From: Octopus bimaculoides | Lineage: Eukaryota | NCBI RefSeq assembly: GCF_001194135.2 | Contig: NC_068998.1 | Span: 2,393,548 to 2,457,547 of the forward strand | Direction: 5' to 3' | Length of the DNA stretch: 64,000 nucleotides | Part shown: positions 40,612-50,959 of the stretch, in pieces | Layout: each line of letters begins with the position of its first letter | How positions within the stretch are numbered: the first letter of the stretch is position 1 | Made by a program: the position numbers and the translations under genes | The notes under the pieces: model-generated | Databases searched by the model: none | Told to the model about the DNA's origin: nothing | What the model saw: only the letters and a program-made list of their open reading frames with translations

Positions 40612-43600
40612 AAGTGTTCTCATTAAAATAATGTGAGGGAATAATTATTAAATGCAGGGAGGTCATGGTGGAGGTTCCCGATTACAGATCTTTCATAGAA
40701 TTTTCATTTTTCATTGATCTCAGTTTCAAAACTTTGACAAAGATGTCTGCCTTCTATTATTGCAGATCTAAGGTGGGGGGGGGGGGTTAATAAGAGTACC
40801 CATAATATGCGTGGGTAGATTGTGTTCATAAAGTTTCTTGATACAACTACATCTGGTCACTTGACTTGGTTAAATTCTGTTCTCATTTTGTCCCCACTTC
40901 CTCCCTGTTTGTCTGGGTAAAATCTTTATTTTTTTTTTTTTTATTTGAATGTCTTCTTCTTGCAAAGGTAAATTGATTTCTAACACCTGGCTACCCTTCC
41001 TCTCACCTGTAGCTTCCAACTATAAAGTAAAGGTTTGAATCTGTTTAGAAGTCTGACAAACTAAGGTGAGGAGAGTGGAGTTACCTGTTTATGTCAGTTC
41101 ATAAACCAATAGCTATAGTAGTAGTATCAGCAGCAGCAGTTGTCAGTGACTTGGGATCATAGGGTGAGTAGGTTCCCAGATGGTTGATCTAGGAATTATC
41201 TAAATGAGGGGAATATTCCACATTTTCCTCTCTCAATAATGATTCCCTCTGATTTGGTGATTCATTGTTAGAAATCTTTAGACTTTTATCTGCAGTAGTT
41301 TACAAGACTTGAGTTTATTGTTTGTGTCACTAGACTACATGACGTGTGGCCGGCTTTTTCTGCACTTAACATTTAACCGAGTTTCTTTCCCCAGAAATGG
41401 TCAGTTGTCCAAGAACTTTACTCCAACTTTGCAGACAGTGTGTGTTCATTATTCATAATCAAAATAAATCCTTGTTTTGCAATGATCTCCAAAAACGCCA
41501 ACATTCCTTTATAATAATTCTACATTATATTTCCTCACTTATGTGGTTTTGTTATGTTTGGACAAATAATATTTTGTTGTAATTAGTTTAATTAGTAAAG
41601 GGTGGAAGTGGGAGGGGAATTGACTCGGTTAAGCTTCTGATTAAATGCCTTGCCTTATTTAGTTTACTTTCCTTTGTTTTGAAGTTTAAAACCTGCCAAG
41701 GTAGACTTTTCCTATCATCCTTCTGATGGTGATAAAATACCAGTCAAATACTGAGATGTAAATCTTTTTTTCTTTTTTGTGAGCGTGTGCCTAGAAAGAG
41801 GAAGAAGGGGGTGGGGGGTGTCTGTGGCTGTCTTCAGGCTCTCCAAGGCAAGTAGGATGGGGTTATCTCCAGACTGAAGGTTCGATCCTGGTGCTTGCAA
41901 GATAGTGTTCTCTGCTGAAGGTGCCAAAGGGCCAGCTCATGGTGATGTTGACTTAAATCAACACCACCACCACCAGAACAGGTACAATCTCCCTGGTTGG
42001 CTTCCACACAGTTTCCTTCTACCAAATTTCACTCACACAGTTTTGGTTAACCTGGGGCTCTGGTAGAAGACACTTTGTCTAATGGCCATGCAGTAGGATT
42101 GAATCCACAACCATGTGGTTGGGAAGTATCTTCTGTCCTCAATGTAATTACAGTGTGTGGAAGTTGGACTCTTTTACTCGTTGAAAGTTAATTAGTTCTA
42201 ATAAATGTGAACCGTGTTTGTTTTAGTCTTTGGGTGGATACAACTTATGACTGTGAATGGCAAGGCCACAGACTGTAGGGCATGGGAATGGTCAGGTTAT
42301 AAGACTGAATGGCATGGCTACAAACCGTGAATGGTAATGCCTCAGATGGTAAATGGTAATGCTTCACAACCCAATGGCTTCGAGTTCAGTCCTAGTGGAT
42401 TTTCTATTAAAACTTTCATGTTTCTTGTGGATGGAATCAGGATGTTAGTCTGTTGAGAAGCTAGTCCTGAGGTGTGTGTAGGGGGTGTTTATATGTTGTG
42501 GCCCTTCAAGCCTCATGATCTAGCAGTGAAATAGGTTTTGGTGTTGAAGAGTGTGCCCCAGCATGGCCACAGTCCATTGACTAAAACCAGTAAAAAAGGA
42601 TATAAATTACTATATTCCTCTTAAAATTAGTGAATTTCTTAAAAATCCTGTAGGACAGTAAGGTGGTGGGGAGGGAGTGATAGTCTTGTGGTATTTGTTC
42701 TTTTTTTTTTTTTCCAAAGTTCAAATCCTGCCAAAATTAAAGGTTTTTCAATCCTTCAGGGAACAATAAAATTCATACCAGTTATGCATTGAGGGTTAGG
42801 GAAACATTTTGATTTGTTTATTTACAGCCTATCTTTGCAACTTGATGGCCTTGTACACTAGGTAGACGTTGCCATTTCCTTTGTTGATATTGGAAATCCA
42901 CTTATTTAGGTCGGTGAGCTCCTGGTGAATTGTTTGACATGATTTCTTATCCCTGTTTTCTGTTCTTCTGCTTCACAAATTAGATCATCTACTGCACAGA
43001 TGTTGTTAATTAACCTTTTTTTTTTTAATACATCAATTATTAAAATTGTAATATAGTGGTGACATTTTTTTTTACACTCCATAAATCTTTGGTTATCTTC
43101 TGTTGTCAACCTCTTCCCTTTTTCTCTTTGGTTTTTGATTCTTGAAGTTAAGATTGAACTGATAAACTTGTTTGTTGAAATAATATTCAAATAACGCTTA
43201 CAAATATAGGACAATTTTGTTAGCAATCTGAATATCTTTACAGTATTTATAATTCATTTGGTTTGCAAAATTTTTTATGTGAACTTGCGTGCTAAAGCAT
43301 CTTGGGAGGTTCATGCCAATAGCAAACACACACTGGTTACATTTCAGTTCATTATTATTTGTTTGTCAATTGGTTAACTATTTAGCCAATTAACTGATAA
43401 AATAGTTAGTTGGTCAAATGATTAACCAATTGACTCATAAATATTGAAGAAGTGAAATAGAACCAGTGTGTTTATTATTAGCATAATGACCTTCCTAAGA
43501 TTCAACAAAATATGTAATTAAATTTCTTTAGAAATATTTAATACCCTTGGTAAGGGCATCAATATCACTAAATCTCAATCTTCCCCATATTTTGTATTTG

Positions 43601-44640
43601 TTTACTAACAGATGGTATTTGTTCCTGAAAATTAACAAACTACTTCAATAAAGAGGTATTCCAATCCAAAACAAGGCAGATTTGTGTATTTTTGTGTGTG
43701 CATGGGCCTCCAACCATTTTTTAGCCAGGGGAGTTAAAAGAAAGACAGACATTAATTTCATTTGTAATAATTTCATGAAAAATTATCCAAAACGAATGAA
43801 ATTTTGGAGTAATGATTGTTTGCCAACATAACCTGGCAGCCTGGTTTAGGACGAATGTTGCTGTAATTTAGCCCCAGGAGACATTGTCTCCAGCTGACTA
43901 TACAACACAATCTGTGTCCTTATATTTTTGAACAAGGGAATCTAGCACCCCCACTCAGCTCAAAACAATATCACGATTTCCAGGTTATTTCCCTTCATCT
44001 GGAAATTGTGATACACAGATATTGTTTTGAGAAACCCAGCGTGGCAGCGATGCCACAATTAAGTCTTTTGTCAACGAAAACAGATGTTCAGTCGAAGGAC
44101 AGGATGAGATGTGTGAGGNNNNNNNNNNNNNNNNNNNNNNNNNNNNNNNNNNNNNNNNNNNNNNNNNNNNNNNNNNNNNNNNNNNNNNNNNNNNNNNNNN
44201 NNNNNNNNNNNNNNNNNNNNNNNNNNNNNNNNNNNNNNNNNNNNNNNNNNNNNNNNNNNNNNNNNNNNNNNNNNNNNNNNNNNNNNNNNNNNNNNNNNNN
44301 NNNNNNNNNNNNNNNNNNNNNNNNNNNNNNNNNNNNNNNNNNNNNNNNNNNNNNNNNNNNNNNNNNNNNNNNNNNNNNNNNNNNNNNNNNNNNNNNNNNN
44401 NNNNNNNNNNNNNNNNNNNNNNNNNNNNNNNNNNNNNNNNNNNNNNNNNNNNNNNNNNNNNNNNNNNNNNNNNNNNNNNNNNNNNNNNNNNNNNNNNNNN
44501 NNNNNNNNNNNNNNNNNNNNNNNNNNNNNNNNNNNNNNNNNNNNNNNNNNNNNNNNNNNNNNNNNNNNNNNNNNNNNNNNNNNNNNNNNNNNNNNNNNNN
44601 NNNNNNNNNNNNNNNNNNNNNNNNNNNNNNNNNNNNNNNN

Positions 44641-45030
44641 AACCAACTGTTTCAGGACCCTGCTCTGGTCATAGGGACAGTTCTTTATAATGTGGCCCAG
44701 TTCCAGGCACAGGTGACCCAACCCAATCAGCCACTGGCAACATTTTTACATTAAGCAGCTTGGATCTGCTGCCATCCAGACCCCGACGGATAATGTCTTC
44801 TATCCACTCAGGTTCCATCCTAGGTGGCAACCCGCAGACCCAAGCTCTTGTCAACTTCTTCCCACGATACGTGGGAAGAAACAAAATCTCTTTGCCCTCT
44901 AAGGGCTGGCTTGCAAATTTGCGAGCCTCCTTAGGGGTGTCAAATAGCAACCACACCGTTGCATACTTGACCCCACTGGAAATAAATTTTATGGTTACTC
45001 AATCCTGGTGTTTATACTATATGGTCCTTG
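44641..45030 (-). mobile_element. Decayed coding fragment resembling a non-LTR retrotransposon ORF1 (RRM-like)
   Basis: VTIKFISSGVKYATVWLLFDTPKEARKF...ILFLPTYRGKKLTRAWVCGLPPRMEPEW; resemblance to LINE ORF1 proteins is from memory only; truncated by a gap. Confidence 0.4.
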
Positions 45031-45033
45031 AAC

Positions 45034-45228
45034 CCTATCTGAAAGTTTTGGTTTTCTTCCAGAATTTTGTTTCAACGAGGAGGTTCTTCCCTCTTTCTCA
45101 AAGGCTGTCATTACTTTTGAGACAGTACTTCTTGATACACCAAACATTTCAGCTGTTTACGTTACGCTAGTGCCTGCCGTACGAGCACCAACGATTTGAC
45201 CTCTTTGAAAGTCTGGTAGATCTGTCAT
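45034..45228 (-). mobile_element. Tc1-family transposase N-terminus (HTH), one in-frame stop, truncated
   Basis: MTDLPDFQRGQIVGARTAGTSVT*TAEMFGVSRSTVSKVMTAFEKEGRTSSLKQNSGRKPKLSDR (GRKPK motif). Confidence 0.9.
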
Positions 45229-46799
45229 TTTTAATGAATTTTAATTACCTTTTTCTGGTAATATCTGAAAAGAAACAGCAAATTTAGCAAAACATATTAA
45301 GCAATACTAATGATAAATAAATAAAAAAATGCAAAAATAAACACGCTTTTGACGGTTTTATAGATATTTCAGAATTATGATGCGTAGCATCTCTTGTGTG
45401 CACCTTACCTCATGTGTGCAGCATACATCAACGTCTCCTTTCAAGCATCTCTACAATCTCACTAGACCTACCTTTCAGTGTGCCTACATTGACTGTGCCA
45501 ATTCTGGAAACTGAGAAAGGAATGTGGGGTGAGGCTTGGGGAGGAGAGATGTTATTCAGTGCCTGAAAAGAAGAGGGAGGTTGTATTCATTTTTTAGGCA
45601 TGCTTCATCTGTTCTCACTTCCGACCTGTCTATAGAAATCCTTTAACAGCATTGTAATGGTTAAAATTTACTCAGGTTAAGAGGGTAAGACAAGGTAGAC
45701 AAACACTAAAAGTAATTTCACAGCATAGACATGATACTGCGGTAGATCACATGCTAAAGTAGCATCGATTATCGTCATTGATAAATGATTAGAGACAGTT
45801 TTAAATACCCGGTGCAGCCTTCGATTTCCAAAAATGTTTTAAAAAATGACTTGCCTATAATTTTTTTTTTTTTTCTTTCGAACATCAGTGTTGTAATATT
45901 TAGCTATGAAAACAAGTTGCTTGCAGGTAAAGAACTTTGTTGGGTTTAGTTTTGACAGCAAATTATTCCAAACATGTGGACTAATCACATTAGAAACGGT
46001 GCATATTTCTTTAGTTCTCATGCATTTCATGTCTTTGGTAGCTTTTGAATCAGGACATACATTAGATAATGAAACTAGGCTGAAACACTAATGGCATGGG
46101 TGTACTCAGCCATGACTCTACTTGATTTTAGCTCAGCTGATGCTTTTTTTGTTGTGTCAAACATTGACCAACTTTAACAAACTAGGTTGCTTTAGCCGAT
46201 TTTCAACTATGACAAAAGTTTCCTTTCATAGGAAGTAGATTTCAATTTATTTTTCTGGGAATTGTCATTTTGTCCCTATTTGAGTAATGTTCTTTCCCAT
46301 GCTTTTATGCAAAAATAAATGTTCAGGTATAGAACAATGGCACTACTGTGACTCACAGCTCCTTGCATTGAACAAAAACGGTAATGAAATAACAATTCTT
46401 CAGTGCAGTATTGAAGATGACTCGCATGCATCATGGCAGGACTGCTTCGTTTTCTCTTTCATTGTATGATAAGAATCATGCCTGTAGTCTGCTGACATTC
46501 TTTATAGCTTAGCTTGATGTGCTTTTTACATACAAGCTGAAAGGGAGGAAATTTTCTCCCAGACAAAATCTGGCAGCAAATGCCTTTCACATTCTTGTGT
46601 ACAAGAACATGTTAAAAAGCAATGTACACATCATTATTTTAATCCTCGTTGCTTTGTGTGCTCATACTAAATTAATTTCATGTAGACAAGTCTCTGCACA
46701 TGTTAAGAAATGTGGTATTTGCTATTTTCTATACAGGAACATAAATTCCGGCCTGGTTTCATGTAGCAAAGAAGCTCAAAACATACCCAGATAGTCTGC

Positions 46800-47058
46800 T
46801 TTGTAGTCATCTGATGTTATGTGGAACTCAGTTTGATGTGTTCTTTATACACAGTCTACAGGGAGAAATATTTCTCCAAGACAAAATCCATCAGCAAATG
46901 CATTTCCATGTTCCTGTGTACAAGAGCATAACTGTAGACAGCTCCATTTCGTTCTGTTTCCATGGAAACATTCTATTATTGTAGGAGATAATGAACAGAG
47001 GTTTTATAATTCTGTGCATAACCTCTCTCTCTATCCAAACATAAAATGCATTTGAATG
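46800..47058. repeat. Direct repeat, left copy (259 bp)
   Basis: tttgtagtcatctgatgttatgtgg...aatgcatttgaatg, near-identical to 49366-49573. Confidence 0.9.
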
Positions 47059-47879
47059 TAATAATCTTGTTCATAATCCAATGTGACTCGATAGCAAAAG
47101 AAGTAATCCTTCTTCTCCCCTACCACTCACCTCGTTTTTTATAATGGAGTAAAGGAACTGCATGAATGGTATCTCCCCTCGTTCAGTCAATGTCTTCTTC
47201 CATTTTATTATTATTGACTCTTGGTTATACAAGAACAGGTTAAAAAGAAAGGTAAACCATTCAGTTTACTTCTATTTTCATGTAAACGTTTAATGAAATG
47301 CAGTTGGGTATTAAAATGCCATTTGCTTTCGCTCTAAAACCACAAATTACTATCAAAACACACGTGGCGAATGCAACAAACATAACAGAAATAGGCTTTA
47401 CCTTGTATGAACTATAGAAGCAAGGGACGTCTATATTCTAGGATTAATTGATCTCACTTTCTGTATGATAAACTTACTCAAAGCTCTTCAGCCAGATTTA
47501 ACGCAAAGCATCCGTTTCTGAAATATTCATCACATTATTCTGTGTATGTTCTTTCAATTGAATGCCCCCGTGACATTCAGATGCAAACATAACGTGAGCC
47601 AGTATATATAAAATTAATTATGTATCATTACCATTATTAATAATACTAATGATGGGAATAAAGTGGCAAGCAAATATATACCTTTAAAGGTATAAAATTG
47701 CTAGCCACTTTATTATTCTTTTCTACTGTAGGCACAAGGCCCAGAATTTTGGGGGAGGGGGCCAGTCGATTAAATTGACCCAGTACACAACTGGTACTTA
47801 ATTTCTCAACCCTGAAAGGATGAAAGTTATGGAAACGTGCACATGCAAAAGAATAACAAGACATTATGACAGTTAAATT

Positions 47880-49340
47880 GTTTTATTTAAGCCTTGCTGC
47901 ATGCAAAACTGGAATAGTACAGAGTTTAGAACATCAAATCTATGAATTGATGCAAATTTGCCAATTTATTAAAGTAGGGGGTTATGAAATTTAAAAGGTT
48001 TGGGGTATGTTGGCAGTTTTGTATAATCCAGAAATGGTTTCTTATGTCGTTGGTGAGGTGTAGTCATAAATCAGGAGTTACTGGGTACCTGGGTAGTGGA
48101 CTCCATTCGGCATCGTTGCTGGTGCTTGATAAATTGTTCCATGTTGCATTCATCAAAGTTGTTACCATGCACGATACAGGCTTGTGTTAGTTGTGATTAG
48201 TTGTATCTGCACGGGGTGACGATTCTAGTCTCTTGATGTGTTCAGTTCTGGCGTTGGCAGGTGATAGTGTCTGCTTCAGTCTGTAACTTCGTTTGGGTTT
48301 ATTGGTAAGTTATGTTTGGAAATATTCATTGCTTACAAATTTCTCTATATATGGTTTCCAAACCGTGAGCCACATGAGTGGTCTGAGCTCCACTTTTCCC
48401 CATTTTCAGTGAGTCTTTTACATGTATAACTACGTTCCATGGTTCTACATTGTTGGTTGAGAGAGAAGGCGTTCTCTTTAGTATGCATTCATTTTGGTGT
48501 TTAATGCTAATGTCTGTTGGAGTGCCTTCCAATATACATTTTGCCTCCTCAATGCTGTTCGTGTTGAACCACACCTCCTCTGTATATATTAGTCTTATCA
48601 ATGCAGATGCCAAATGGGAAATTATTTGATGCTTGGCATCGCATTCGTCCGCAGTTCATTAAGCCATTTCTGATGGAGCGTAGTATGTAAGATTTGCCGT
48701 TGTTTGATGGTCGCGTTATGTGGAGTCTGTTTATTTTTGTGTTTATTTTATGGCATACTTCAAATGACTGTTGATTCAAATCTTCATGTGAAAAATTGTG
48801 GAACTCTATCCAGTCATTGTGAATATCTAGAGATGTTTGCACATCGTGGTATGTATTGTTCATGTTGGCGAAGAGCTCAGTTTTTTGTTGGATTTCTTTC
48901 CGCACTGGTACTTTTGTTTCAACTGCTGCCTGAATGATATTGAATACGTTAGAGGTGTTCAGATGTATGCCGTTCCATTGGTTTTGGGATTTCTCTTTTG
49001 TTGTCGTCTGGCAAAATATTATGTCCCTCACGTCTGTTGAGTTGCACTTTACCATCATTTTTTTGATGAAGGCATATTGGGCACCTCCGCTAGGTGCTAT
49101 TTCCTCCCAAGACAGGCCTGGCACCGTGGTTACAAAGGATGCAAACATTTTATAAATATTCCCACTCGAAAGCATGGTTGTTATAGCTGTGTAGTGTCAC
49201 TATGTATACATATATAAAATACATTTGCCTGTCGTATTTTTCATAATCCAGTGTGACTTGGTTGCATTGACAAGGTCTTGGGTGGCCATGTAAAGTAGTC
49301 TTTGAATGACTCAGTCTTGTACCCGGCCACCCACCCACTT
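47880..49340 (-). pseudogene. Endogenous parvovirus/densovirus-like element: NS1 (SF3 helicase) gene fossil
   Basis: ORFs 49175-48549 and 48613-48326 join across a frameshift near 48590: KINTKINRLHIT-RPSNNGKS (Walker A), NFPFGICIDKT/LIYTEE (Walker B), IEEAKCILEG, ISIKHQ (B'), KRTP..TNN (motif C). AATAAA on the minus strand at 47965-47970 and 47882-47887. Confidence 0.88.
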
Positions 49341-49365
49341 CATTGAGAGTACCAAAACACTTTGG

Positions 49366-49573
49366 TTTGTAGTCATCTGATGTTATGTGGAACTCAGTTT
49401 GATGTGTTCTTTATACACAGTCTACAGGGAGAAATATTTCTCCAAGACAAAATCCATCAGCAAATGCATTTCCATGTTTCCGTGTACAAGNNNNNNNNNN
49501 AGATAATGAACAGAGGTTTTATAATTCTGTGCATAACCTCTCTCTCTATCCAAACATAAAATGCATTTGAATG
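49366..49573. repeat. Direct repeat, right copy (interrupted by a 10-N gap)
   Basis: Matches 46800-46924 and 46986-47058 with ~2 nt difference. Confidence 0.88.
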
Positions 49574-49619
49574 ACAGTCTGTCACACTTGAGATAAATAT
49601 GTCAGCTCTAACCAGATGG

Positions 49620-50270
49620 CAGAGTATGTGATGAGTTTTTTCCTTCTCAGTTTCTCATCTGCCATACAACAACCTAAGCTTTGTTGAACCAACTGTTTTA
49701 AATCTGGGCCTGATGTTTCTCTCCTCCTCATACTTCTTACATTATTTGTCCTCTCTCTTTGGCTTCTGATGTTTCTTCCCTTCTCTACTCCAAGAGCAAC
49801 TGAATCTTGGTTCCACCAAATCCTCTGACACCAGGAACTCATATTGCCTATCTGCCATTGTTTACACACACTTCAACCCACTCACTATATTTTCTATCTT
49901 TCCTCGCGGAAGCATTGTCGATGTTCACTTCCCAGGGAAATGTCAGCTCTGGAATTGCACCACCTTCCTTTTCTTGTATCACAAGACAAGAGCAGGTCTT
50001 CTGGTGACAAAAGTTGGAAGTAATATCCACCCTGAATGTGAACAGGGCCTCCAAACACCCGTCCTATTTGGTAGCATTCTTCTTTCTTATGGTGGCTGGC
50101 TTGCACTGTTCATTTTCTCTGCAAAACTTCATCTTCTTATACACCACTACTTGTGGCCTTTTGCCATTGCTCAGTCACTCTATGCTCTCTGCATCAATCT
50201 GTGCTCCGGGTGATTGGTTATGCCACCCTGCATCACTGTCCTCCACACCGATTGGGCACTTGGAGAAGTT
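49620..50270 (-). mobile_element. 3' fragment of a restriction-like-endonuclease (RLE) non-LTR retrotransposon (R2/NeSL/Hero group)
   Basis: SKCP..GWHNQ (end of CCHC knuckle), FRVDI, ELTFPWEVNIDNASARKDRKYSEWVEVCVNNG, GVRGFGG; compare the RLE consensus ELTVPWE..EA.ERK..KY..L...C...GCRGF; several stops. Confidence 0.8.
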
Positions 50271-50432
50271 TTTTTTCTTTTTTTTAGTTAGAAACAGAAT
50301 GAAAACATATACGATAATAATTCAAGTTTTTTTTAGTAAATCTGCTTGCAGTTGCCGATACTGGATGATACAACCATATTGTATTATCTAATACAAAAAC
50401 TGTCAAGGCTACAAGCAGATATGGAAGGACAT

Positions 50433-50523
<91 letters not shown>

Positions 50524-50959
50524 TATATGTATAACAAAGTAAACTTGCAAGGTTATATATATGACATGTACGTGTGTGTGTATATATATGACATGTATGT
50601 GTAAATGTATATACCCATATAAGGTATGCATATGCAATGCCAGATTTAGATGAAGTATAGACCCAAGGTATTACTCCCCTCCCACCGTCACCACTAGCAA
50701 AAGTATGGAAGATTATCTTAAAACTGAATAAAGCCAATGATTATGGGTGGGTGAAATTCAACACTTCACAATTTGTCCTCTGAATGGCATAAAATGTTTA
50801 AATACTGGAGTGATTGCGAGGGTGGTGGGAACGACTAAATGTTGAAATTAATTTTGTAAATCTTTCACAACAACTGAACTCTGTAAAAACCTTGTGGAAT
50901 AAGCAGGAATTTTTAAGAAAATACTTTTAAAAAATTTTTCCTGTTACACTCTTTAAAGA

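Noticed and set aside
46787-46855. 69 nt minus-strand segment with good acceptor and donor inside the direct repeat
   Set aside because: Stops in all three frames and no partner exons.
47984-48190. + strand ORF with GYLGSG...HD, reminiscent of the parvoviral VP1 PLA2 motif (would imply an ambisense genome)
   Set aside because: The Y-to-H spacing is about 5 residues too long, the conserved D..A..HD..Y context is absent, and no capsid ORF follows.
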